Position numbers and translations under genes: made by a program | Assembly: GCA_014379385.1 (NCBI GenBank) | Contig: JACMLW010000134.1 | Coordinates: 2,132 to 66,131, forward strand | DNA: 64,000 bases | Direction of reading: 5' to 3' | Source of the DNA: Phycisphaerales bacterium | GTDB lineage: Bacteria; Planctomycetota; Phycisphaerae; Phycisphaerales; UBA1924 | Notes under the pieces: generated by a model | Told to the model about the DNA's origin: nothing | Seen by the model: the letters and a program-made list of their open reading frames with translations, nothing else | Databases searched by the model: none | Shown here: positions 56,193 to 64,000 of the stretch, one piece after another | Position numbering within the stretch: the first letter of the stretch is position 1 | Layout of the letters: the number at the start of each line of letters is the position of its first letter

Positions 56193-58487
56193 TTAGAGCC
56201 CGCACCCGCTGAAGGGCGGCTGACCGACGAGGTTCTGGAACCACCTGCTCAGGAACGCCGTGATGTCGGCTGAACCGGTGGAACCGCTGCAGTTGAAGTC
56301 GGCCTTCGTCTGAGCGGTTGTCAGGTCGTTGAACCACGAGGCGAGGAAGGACGTGATGTCGGCGGAGCCGACGGTGCCGTTACGGTCCCAGTCGGCGGCG
56401 CACTCGCACGCGTCGGGGATACCGTTCGGGCCGCCGCGGGTGTTGAACCCGCCGACGGGCGCGGCGTCGGCGTCGAAGCAATCGAGCGCCGGGTTCGCCG
56501 CGATCTCCTGATCGTCGGGCGTGCCGTTCTGGTTGCAGTCCGAGACCGGCCCGCCGAACGTGAGCTCGACGAACTGATTGCCCTCGATGAGCTGGAAGTT
56601 CACCGCCGAGGATTCGCCGAGGTTGTCGGTCCCGGAGGGCAACCCGCCGAGCACCTGGTTGGACATTGAGGCGTGGCCAGCGCCGTTGAGCATGCCGACG
56701 ACGCGGATCGGTGAGACGCCGTCCCAGCCGAGCTCGTCCAGGCGGATGCGCACCTCGAAGCCGGTGGTGACCGCGGCGGCGCCATCGGCTGCGAGCTCGG
56801 TGACGCCGGCGATGTTGGAGTTGTCGAGCGTCGCGACAATGAGCTCGGGAATGCCGACGGGGTTGTAGATGTCGTTGGCGATGAGGCGCGGCGCGTAGTT
56901 CGCGAGGAGCTGCGGGAGCGACTGGTCGGGGTCCATCGACTGCACATCGAGCAGCGGGCCGTCAAAGTTGATGGGGTTGTGGTCGGCCTTCACGCCGCCG
57001 TCGTACGAGCTGTAGTCGGTCGCTTCCAGGAAGAACCCCGGGGGCGAGCCGTTGGTCCGCAGCAGCGCGGAGTTGATGAAGTGCTCTACCTGGTTGGAGC
57101 CGTTCACGAAGTTCGTGTAGCTCATCCAGTAGTCGGGCGCCACGCCCTCATCGAACGTCATGCCGTTGGTCACCATTGTTGTGCAGCAGCTCGGCAGCGT
57201 CTCGCACGGGTTCTCGATCTGGCACTCGGGGTTCTCGGTGTCGATGATGATGAACTGCGAGGGGCCCATGCGGCGCAGGCCGCCGAAGTCGATGTCGACG
57301 TTGTCCGAGCGGAGCGTGTTCTGCCCGCCGGGCATCACATCGAGGAACAACTCGAGCTTGTTGGAGTTGGTCTCCACGTTGCCCGCGACGAACAGGTAGA
57401 GGTGTGTCGCGTCCTTGAAGGCGTAGAGCGCATCGATCTCAGACCCGTTCGCAACGTCCGGGTGCGGCACGGTCGGCGGGCACTCGGGCTGGGCATTGAG
57501 CGTGTTCGTTCCCGATCCGCCCTGGCCAATGAAGCTCCCGCTCCCGCCGCCCGCCGTCAACAGCTCGGCGAAGTTCGCGAAGGTGGCGTATGAGCCGCCG
57601 CTGTTGCCGCCGGTGAACGTGAGGTAATAGTCGGCCTCGAAGCCGGCATCGAACGTCAGGCCGTTGCCCGATCCGTCATCGCCCATGCGATTGAGGCCGT
57701 TGAAATCGACGTTGGGGTTGTCGCCGCGGAGCGTGTTCTGGCCGCCCGGCGCCGAATCGATGAAGACTTCGAGCTTGTTGAAGTTGGATTCAAGGTTCCC
57801 GGTCATCACGAGGTACAAGAAGTTCTGCCCGCCCTGGGACGCGATGTACCCGTACATCCCGTCCATCTCGGAGCCGTTGGCGAAGTCGATGGTGCCGAGG
57901 TTGGCGTCGCCGAAGCCCGTCGGCGTGTCCTGGATGAAGAGCGGAGGGCCGTAGGGGTCGCTCCCCAGATCGCCGTCCATCACCGAGGCGCCGGTTACTG
58001 AGCTCAGCGTGCTGAGCGTGATGAACTGATCGCCCGCGATTGTCGAGAAATCGACGTTGCGCGGCTCGCCCAGGTTCGCCGCGCCGGCGAGGCCGCCGGA
58101 GACCTGGTTCGAGAGGAAATCATGCCCACCACCGTTGATGAAGACAGTGATGCGCAGGTTGCCGGTCGGGTTACCGATCGTTCCGAGCGGGATCTTGATC
58201 TCAACACCGGTTGAGACGGCACCCGCAGCGCCAGGGTCGGCCGCGCCGCCGGTGACACCGCCAACGTTGGAGTTATTGATGCCGATGACGACTCCGCCGC
58301 CGACAGGGTTGCACGGTCCACCTTCCGGCGCGTTATCTCCAAACTGCGTCGGATTGGTGGTGTTGACGTACTGCGGCGACCCGTATTGGGCATCGCGCGT
58401 GCCATCGACGACAGGTTGGGCGGACGAGGGGGCGGCGAAACCGGCGGAGGCCGCGAGGCCCGCCACGGCCAAAAGGATGTGCTTCAT
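56193..58487 (-). CDS. Secreted protein with internally duplicated domains and GC-type dockerin-like C-terminus
   Basis: Trimmed to ATG 58487 (MKHILLAVAGLAASAGFAAPSSA). Two copies each of a VGGVTGG..GVEIKIPL..FINGGGH..SNQV module and a GSEMDGMYGY..NKLEVFIDS.PGGQNTLR module. C-terminal DWDRNGTVGSADITSFLASWF / DFNCSGSTGSADITAFLSRWF. Confidence 0.8.
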   Translation of the reverse strand: MKHILLAVAGLAASAGFAAPSSAQPVVDGTRDAQYGSPQYVNTTNPTQFGDNAPEGGPCNPVGGGVVIGINNSNVGGVTGGAADPGAAGAVSTGVEIKIPLGTIGNPTGNLRITVFINGGGHDFLSNQVSGGLAGAANLGEPRNVDFSTIAGDQFITLSTLSSVTGASVMDGDLGSDPYGPPLFIQDTPTGFGDANLGTIDFANGSEMDGMYGYIASQGGQNFLYLVMTGNLESNFNKLEVFIDSAPGGQNTLRGDNPNVDFNGLNRMGDDGSGNGLTFDAGFEADYYLTFTGGNSGGSYATFANFAELLTAGGGSGSFIGQGGSGTNTLNAQPECPPTVPHPDVANGSEIDALYAFKDATHLYLFVAGNVETNSNKLELFLDVMPGGQNTLRSDNVDIDFGGLRRMGPSQFIIIDTENPECQIENPCETLPSCCTTMVTNGMTFDEGVAPDYWMSYTNFVNGSNQVEHFINSALLRTNGSPPGFFLEATDYSSYDGGVKADHNPINFDGPLLDVQSMDPDQSLPQLLANYAPRLIANDIYNPVGIPELIVATLDNSNIAGVTELAADGAAAVTTGFEVRIRLDELGWDGVSPIRVVGMLNGAGHASMSNQVLGGLPSGTDNLGESSAVNFQLIEGNQFVELTFGGPVSDCNQNGTPDDQEIAANPALDCFDADAAPVGGFNTRGGPNGIPDACECAADWDRNGTVGSADITSFLASWFNDLTTAQTKADFNCSGSTGSADITAFLSRWFQNLVGQPPFSGCGL

Positions 58488-58663
58488 CTTTTCTCTAGCT
58501 CCGGAACAAAGGAACACCGGCGCGCCAAGGGCGCACCTCAAGCCCGATTCACGAACCCATAGAGTAAGTGGAAACGCTGCCCCCGCCAAGACAAAATCGC
58601 GAATGTTGAACTAGGAAACCGTGTACATCTAGGAAGGGCGGGGCGGGTTCCAGGGTCTGCCGG

Positions 58664-60928
58664 TCAGTGTGTTTGGGCGTCGTGCATGACCTTGGCCGAG
58701 AGTGGGCCTACGTCGCGTGCGTGGCTTGGCTCGGGGTTGCCCGGCCGCTGCAAGGGGAGGGCATCAAACGTGAGCGTGCCGCGGTTGACTACCACCAGCA
58801 CCTCGTGATTGTTCAGCCTTCGCCGAAAGGCAAGCACGTCCGGGTGACCGGACTCCACGTGTTCAACGGACCCGAACCGCAGCACCGGCCCGATAACGGG
58901 ATCCTGCCGGAGGCGCAGCCAACGCCGATACTCCTCGAGAATCGCGGCGTCCGGCGCATCATCTGGGTTCTCGGGCGTTCCCAGATCCGGCCATGGGAGC
59001 GGCTTGCGGCAGCTCGGGTCATCGGCGCCGTGCATACCCCATTCATCGCCGTAGTAGACCATCGGAGCGCCCGGGTGGGTGGCCTGGATCACCACGCCCA
59101 GCAGCATCCGCCGGTAGGTCTCCGCGTCGGGCCGACCGGCGTCATAGCGGGGATTGCTCGATGGCGACCCCGCCTGGTCAAACGGACGCCCGGGGTTGGC
59201 GAGCATCGAGACGATGCGCTCCGTGTCGTGCGACCCCAGCAGGTTCATCTGGGCCAGGTCGGTGTGGGGGGCGTGCGAAAAGGCGCGTTGCAAGGATGCC
59301 GCGAGTTGCTTCGGCGTCATCTCCGAACCCCGCTCGAGCCAGCGCACCACCGGCATCGTGAACGGGTAGTTGGTCTGGGAATCGAACGCAACGCCGTCGA
59401 ACCAGGCCGCGGCGTCGGGCCAGACCTCGCCGATGAGCACTGCATCGGGATTGATCGCCCGCGCGTGGGCGCGCCAGGCCCGCCAGAACTCGATTGGAAC
59501 GTCGGGGGCGACATCCAGGCGCCACCCATCGATGCCGTCGGAGGGGTCGCCGTCGCCGTTGGGGTCCATCCATCGGCGCGTGACCGCGAAGACGTGAGCT
59601 TCGACCTCCGGGTGCAGCCGTAGTCCGCCTTGGGGCTCGCCCGCCCTCCCCGCTGCCCGCGCGAAGATGGGCAGACTGCCGTTGCGGCCGTTCCAACTCG
59701 ACCACCCGATGACCGACCCGGCACCGATGGCCAGCCCTGGCCAGTTGTCATGGATGGCTCCCAGTTCGACGGGGTCGCTTGGCGCGAATCGGGGCTGGAA
59801 CCACGCGGCGTACGGCGACCCTTCCCCGCGCTCCATCACATCCTGAAAGGCCCAGAACCTCGTCCCGACGTGGTTCCAGACGCCGTCAAGGACGACGTGG
59901 ATGCCGCGACGGTGGCACTCGGGCAGCACCACGCCAATGAAGTACCGGTCCGCGGGCGTCCACGTCCAGGTCGCGGGGTCAGCGGTCTCGCCGGCGACCG
60001 GGACGCTCATGTCCGGCACGTCCGGCCACCCGAGCGTGGGGTCGATGTGCCGGAAGTCGGTGGCGTCGTACTTGTGGAGCGAGTGGGCGTGAAAGACCGG
60101 GTTGAAGTAGATCGCCGTGACGCCCAGCTCGGCCAGATGGTCGAGGCGCTGGACCACGCCCTGGAGGTCGCCGCCGTACCGCCGGTTCAGCACCACGTTG
60201 TAGAGCTGCCCCCCGCCCCCGCCACGCCGGTTGGGAGGGAGTGCGCGGGCCGGGAATGTCCCGGCACCGAGCGCCCGATTGAGTTCGAGCTCGTCGGCCG
60301 GCACTGATTCCCAGTCGCCGAGCCATGCCTTGGGTACTACGTCTGGCACCAGCGGCGGGCGCGGATCGTTGAGCGGTTCGCCGTTGCCGAACCGCTCCGG
60401 AAAGATCTGATACCACACGGCCCCGAGCGCCCATTCGGGAATCGCCTTGGCCGCCTCGGGCGCCGCGGACCTCCTGAACGGTCCGATCCGGCGTGTTCCA
60501 CCCTGCCCTTTCTCGTGAACCTCGATCGAAAACACCACCTCCGACTCCGCGCGGGAAGCCTCGTACGGATTCGGCCACGGCAGCGCCATCACACGCGCCG
60601 TCCACAACCCCGCGGCATCCCTGACCATCGGCACCATCAGGGGCCGTTCCGGCACCCCCCCGCCGCCCCGCATCTGAAGGAGCACCGTCGCCCTCTCCAG
60701 TCCCCCCCCGCCCCTCCCCGCTGCATCCTCGAGCTTCACATCCGCCAGTCCCAGCGGCCCGGAGATCGGGATGACCGTCACGCTCAGTTCCGCGGCCGCC
60801 GCGACCGGCTGCCCGACCAAACCTCCTTGAGCGCCGCCGCCGTTCCGGCCCATCGCGGCACCCGGCGCGGCGACCGGGCCGTACAGGACCATGAGGGCAA
60901 TCAGCGGGACAAAACCGCTCTGGCACAC
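58664..60928 (-). CDS. Glycoside hydrolase family 13 (alpha-amylase/neopullulanase-like)
   Basis: [72 protein letters not shown]. Start set at GVG-frame GTG 60928 (signal-peptide-like [24 protein letters not shown]); alternative ATG 60892. Confidence 0.85.
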   Translation of the reverse strand: MCQSGFVPLIALMVLYGPVAAPGAAMGRNGGGAQGGLVGQPVAAAAELSVTVIPISGPLGLADVKLEDAAGRGGGGLERATVLLQMRGGGGVPERPLMVPMVRDAAGLWTARVMALPWPNPYEASRAESEVVFSIEVHEKGQGGTRRIGPFRRSAAPEAAKAIPEWALGAVWYQIFPERFGNGEPLNDPRPPLVPDVVPKAWLGDWESVPADELELNRALGAGTFPARALPPNRRGGGGGQLYNVVLNRRYGGDLQGVVQRLDHLAELGVTAIYFNPVFHAHSLHKYDATDFRHIDPTLGWPDVPDMSVPVAGETADPATWTWTPADRYFIGVVLPECHRRGIHVVLDGVWNHVGTRFWAFQDVMERGEGSPYAAWFQPRFAPSDPVELGAIHDNWPGLAIGAGSVIGWSSWNGRNGSLPIFARAAGRAGEPQGGLRLHPEVEAHVFAVTRRWMDPNGDGDPSDGIDGWRLDVAPDVPIEFWRAWRAHARAINPDAVLIGEVWPDAAAWFDGVAFDSQTNYPFTMPVVRWLERGSEMTPKQLAASLQRAFSHAPHTDLAQMNLLGSHDTERIVSMLANPGRPFDQAGSPSSNPRYDAGRPDAETYRRMLLGVVIQATHPGAPMVYYGDEWGMHGADDPSCRKPLPWPDLGTPENPDDAPDAAILEEYRRWLRLRQDPVIGPVLRFGSVEHVESGHPDVLAFRRRLNNHEVLVVVNRGTLTFDALPLQRPGNPEPSHARDVGPLSAKVMHDAQTH

Positions 60929-61013
60929 GGCATGTAAACCTGTACAATGCCCGTCGGGCCGCCGTCGCCGCACGGGCGCGGTTGGCCATCTGACACGCTG
61001 GGCCGTGTCCCGA

Positions 61014-61961
61014 ATGAAAGGGCCAAGCGATATGACACGCCGCCAGATACCTCGCGCCGGACCCGTCGGGAGCGAAAGGAGCGGGGGGGGTGGGTTCACA
61101 CTGATCGAGCTTTTGGTGGTGATCGCCATCATCGCGCTGCTGGTGGGCATCCTACTGCCTGCGCTGGCCAGTGCGCGCGAGAACGCCAAACGGACCATCT
61201 GCGCCCAGAACACGCGCCAGACCGGCCTGAGCATGACGATGTACGCGAACGAGTACCGGGACTGGAACCCGGTGATGAAGACGCCGGGCAGCAACACGAC
61301 ATTCGGACTTCAGTACATGTATGGAGGCGCCGCCGGACTGTTCAGCCTAAATCAGCTCGGGAATTCGACAACACCAGGGGTTCCCGGCCCGCAGCCTGGC
61401 TATGTGGGGCTCATCTACGTAAACCAGAATGACACGCCTTTACTCTCTCCCTATATCGATGGCTTTGGCGTGCTCAACTGTCCTTCGGATAAGAGAGACC
61501 TTTGGTGGACGTACACGACTCCTCCGGGTTCGCGAAATTACTTGCCGCCGATATCGACGGCGATGACTCCAAAGAAACCCGGCCCGCTCGAAGAGGTGGT
61601 GAGCTACAATATAAGTTATCTGTACATAGCCGGATTCAAGACTGACGAGGCATCGCTGATTGCGCCCGCCCCTCTCTGGGGTGACGAGACAAATGCAAAG
61701 GATATTGGCGAGTTCTCTTGGTACGGTGACGATTCAGATGCCCTCGCCGCGGGAGTCCGCATCAATTCTGGCCGTTACGCCAAGGACGACAATCACGGCT
61801 CCGACGGCGCCAATTTTACTTTCACCGATGGTCACGCCGCGTTTGTTAAGGGGAGTGCCGCGGCATCGTTCTTCACGGATCTCGATGGCGAGGCGACAAA
61901 CCCTCAGAACGTTAATATCATCGACCCCACCCGTAGCAGCCGATTGCAAACGATCGATTAG
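61014..61961 (+). CDS. Prepilin-type N-terminal cleavage/methylation domain protein (DUF1559/H-X9-DG-like)
   Basis: [47 protein letters not shown]-terminal [18 protein letters not shown]. Start at 61014 or 61032. Confidence 0.88.
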   Translation: MKGPSDMTRRQIPRAGPVGSERSGGGGFTLIELLVVIAIIALLVGILLPALASARENAKRTICAQNTRQTGLSMTMYANEYRDWNPVMKTPGSNTTFGLQYMYGGAAGLFSLNQLGNSTTPGVPGPQPGYVGLIYVNQNDTPLLSPYIDGFGVLNCPSDKRDLWWTYTTPPGSRNYLPPISTAMTPKKPGPLEEVVSYNISYLYIAGFKTDEASLIAPAPLWGDETNAKDIGEFSWYGDDSDALAAGVRINSGRYAKDDNHGSDGANFTFTDGHAAFVKGSAAASFFTDLDGEATNPQNVNIIDPTRSSRLQTID

Positions 61962-62096
61962 TCGTGTCGCTGCATGGCGGTCAAAGTCCACAGAATCTAA
62001 TCGCAAATACCAAATACCGAGTGACCGCGAACGTATCATCGCAGCGTTGATTTCCCTGTATGCCACAATGACGTGGTTGGAAGAAATAGGAAGTAA

Positions 62097-64000
62097 ATGG
62101 GATCAAGATCTATATGGGTGCCCGGGTCGGTGGCCGTGCTGTTGTCGTTGTCTCAGACAGTAGCGCAAGAGGCTGTGCGGCCGGTCGATCTGGGGATCAT
62201 TCCGGATTATGAGGGAACTGTCAGTGCGGAGCTGAGTGGCGATGGAAAGACCGTTACGGGATGGTGTGTTCGCGGAGGTGGCGTGATGGCATTCAGATGG
62301 AATGGAGGCGCCATCAGCGGTTTGGGCGAGCTTCCAGATGGAACCGGCTCCGAGGGCACGGCCGTCAGCGCAGACGGATTGGAAATCGCTGGAAACGGAA
62401 CGGGCAGTACGCCTCAGAGCAGTGGAGCATTTCTCTGGACCAGTACAACGGGCCTTCAGAGTCTCGGGCTGCCGTCAGGAGGGCAGGGCACGTCGGCTCA
62501 AGGCATTAGCGCCGACGGAAGCACCGTTGTCGGCATGCTAATGTTGAATAACTCACAACGCGCATTTCGTTGGAGGAATGGGAACTTTCAGGATTTAGGT
62601 TTCCTTCCAGATGGAACATTCTCGTGGGCACTTGGCGCGAGCGCAGACGGATCAGTGGTTGTCGGTTACGCAGACTCTTCCCTGCTGTGGAAGGCATTTC
62701 GGTGGACGGATGCCGGCATGGTTGATCTGGCAGTGCCTCCCGGGGATGGGACGCTTGCAACGGCTATCAGCGATGATGGCAACATCGTCATCGGCCGGGC
62801 AGTCGATCATGTATTTCGCTGGTCAACCACAGGCGGATCGCAAACGTTGGCAATCCCCGACGACATCGACATAGACGAAGTGACTATGTCGAGCTTTCCA
62901 GTTATGAGCGGGGACGGCAACATAGTGGCTGTAACATACCAGCGCCTTGACGGGAGTGTGGACCATCTTCCGATGTTGTGGAAGAGCAATATAGGAATGG
63001 TTCACTTGCCGTGGTACTTGAACCAGCTTGGCGTGGACCTTTCGGGGTGGGAGATTCACGAGATTACCGGATTATCATATAATGGCGACGTGATGACGGG
63101 GTACGGACTCTATGGTGGACTCTTGCGGTCATTTGTTTTAGATTTATGCGCAGATCGCGATCAGGACTCCTTGTGCGACCTGTGGGAGGTAAATGGAATT
63201 CCCTACGGCGGCCTTGATGTTGACGGCGAACTGAAGATGTACTTACTGGCCGGCGCAAGCACGCTCCGCAAGGACATTTACGTCGAAGTCGATGCGATGC
63301 CGGGCCGATCGCCCATCCCCGCTGCCATCGATGCCGTCAAAACCGCATTCGATACATCGACGGTTCCCGCCGTACCGGGACTCGTTGGCGGACTCCCGGG
63401 CATCGAACTCCACGTAGACATCGACGAATCCACCCTTCCGCTGCGGCCCTATCCGAACGCGTTTGCCGATTTCCAAGTCGACAAAGCCGATTTCTTCGGG
63501 ACGGCAAGCGAGCGAAGCCCCGCGGACTCAGCGGAGATTCTCGGTGCCAAGCGACTCGCGTATCGGTATTGCATCTTTGCAGACTCGTATGCGGGGACAT
63601 CGTCGAGCGGGCTTGCCGAGCCGGGCGGCAACGACTGCATGGTAACACTCGGTCTCTGGACTCCAGCCGGGGGAACGCAGGACCATCAGGCGGGAACCTT
63701 CATGCACGAGTTCGGCCACACCCTCGGCCTCCATCATGGGGGAGACGATACTATCAACTTCAAGCCTAACTACTACAGTGTTATGAACTACCTGTGGCAG
63801 ACCCCTAGCAGTTACGGGCCGAGCGCGCCAAATGGAAGATTTCTTCTTAGATACTCGAATGCGTCGCTCCCACCGATGGTCGAATCGGTTCTCGACGAGA
63901 CCGTCGGCATCGGCGGCAACTTTGGCCGACAGTTGGTTCCGTTCACTGCGCCATCCACTGGCTGGGTGTGCGGTCGTCCGTTCTCCTCGCTGTTGTGCAT
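62097..64000 (+). CDS. Secreted HAF-repeat protein fused to a metzincin zinc metalloprotease domain (3' end beyond window)
   Basis: Not in ORF track (no stop in window). Hand translation from ATG 62097 (TAA immediately upstream, AGGAAG Shine-Dalgarno-like). Signal peptide MGSRSIWVPGSVAVLLSLSQTVAQ. At least 5 HAF-type repeats (AFRW..G....LG.LPDG..S.A.G.SADGS.VVG). HEFGHTLGLHHGGDD...YYSVMNY (HExxHxxGxxH plus Met-turn). Frame checked at 63702. Confidence 0.85.
   Translation, partial: MGSRSIWVPGSVAVLLSLSQTVAQEAVRPVDLGIIPDYEGTVSAELSGDGKTVTGWCVRGGGVMAFRWNGGAISGLGELPDGTGSEGTAVSADGLEIAGNGTGSTPQSSGAFLWTSTTGLQSLGLPSGGQGTSAQGISADGSTVVGMLMLNNSQRAFRWRNGNFQDLGFLPDGTFSWALGASADGSVVVGYADSSLLWKAFRWTDAGMVDLAVPPGDGTLATAISDDGNIVIGRAVDHVFRWSTTGGSQTLAIPDDIDIDEVTMSSFPVMSGDGNIVAVTYQRLDGSVDHLPMLWKSNIGMVHLPWYLNQLGVDLSGWEIHEITGLSYNGDVMTGYGLYGGLLRSFVLDLCADRDQDSLCDLWEVNGIPYGGLDVDGELKMYLLAGASTLRKDIYVEVDAMPGRSPIPAAIDAVKTAFDTSTVPAVPGLVGGLPGIELHVDIDESTLPLRPYPNAFADFQVDKADFFGTASERSPADSAEILGAKRLAYRYCIFADSYAGTSSSGLAEPGGNDCMVTLGLWTPAGGTQDHQAGTFMHEFGHTLGLHHGGDDTINFKPNYYSVMNYLWQTPSSYGPSAPNGRFLLRYSNASLPPMVESVLDETVGIGGNFGRQLVPFTAPSTGWVCGRPFSSLLC

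Noticed and set aside
60891-61013. Upstream part of the prepilin ORF ([23 protein letters not shown]...)
   Set aside because: It overlaps the GH13 5' end on the other strand and is Arg/Cys-rich. The canonical short leader before GFTLIELL fits a start at 61014 or 61032.

Overview
High-GC bacterial chromosomal segment (roughly two-thirds G+C by eye, not computed). It is most likely Planctomycetota, Phycisphaerae-like. That guess rests on three prepilin-type/H-X9-DG-like proteins, PAP/PEP-CTERM tails, GC-type dockerin-like C-termini and an N-terminal LEPRQLL motif. All calls come from reading translations and remembered family motifs; no BLAST or HMM search was possible. I support about 52 protein genes. 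Most are housekeeping: pyrF, gpmI, argH, fahA, ffh, obg, pgl, manA-like, icd, aroA, apt, copA, queG, hemW-like, and rluA/tlyA-like genes. They are interspersed with secreted and cell-surface genes. I recognised no rRNA, tRNA, CRISPR array, transposase or integrase. Two real genes run off the window edges and are absent from the ORF track because they have no stop inside the window: an MmeI-family RM enzyme (1..1184, minus) and a HAF-repeat metzincin (62097..64000, plus). Many long ORFs in the track are GC-driven shadow frames opposite real genes. Points worth a second look: (1) a co-directional FHA / Cache-HAMP-PP2C / PolX-PHP / orphan beta-class DNA methyltransferase cluster in which the PolX stop overlaps the methyltransferase start (ATGA); (2) a clearly lower-GC two-gene cassette of unknown function (47111..48158) with an ATGA overlap, lying between hairpin repeats; (3) four families of dispersed intergenic hairpin repeats whose stems are closed by CAC...GTG; (4) four single-base-deletion frameshifts in short C/G runs, affecting an MCP (twice), a zinc-ribbon membrane protein and a small ORF; (5) ArgH with a ~190-aa C-terminal extension containing a tandem repeat; (6) two unrelated secreted proteins that share a duplicated dockerin-like C-terminus, one of which contains 693-bp tandem repeats. 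I cannot show that any of these is a new biological system. The PolX-methyltransferase cluster and the low-GC cassette are the best candidates.
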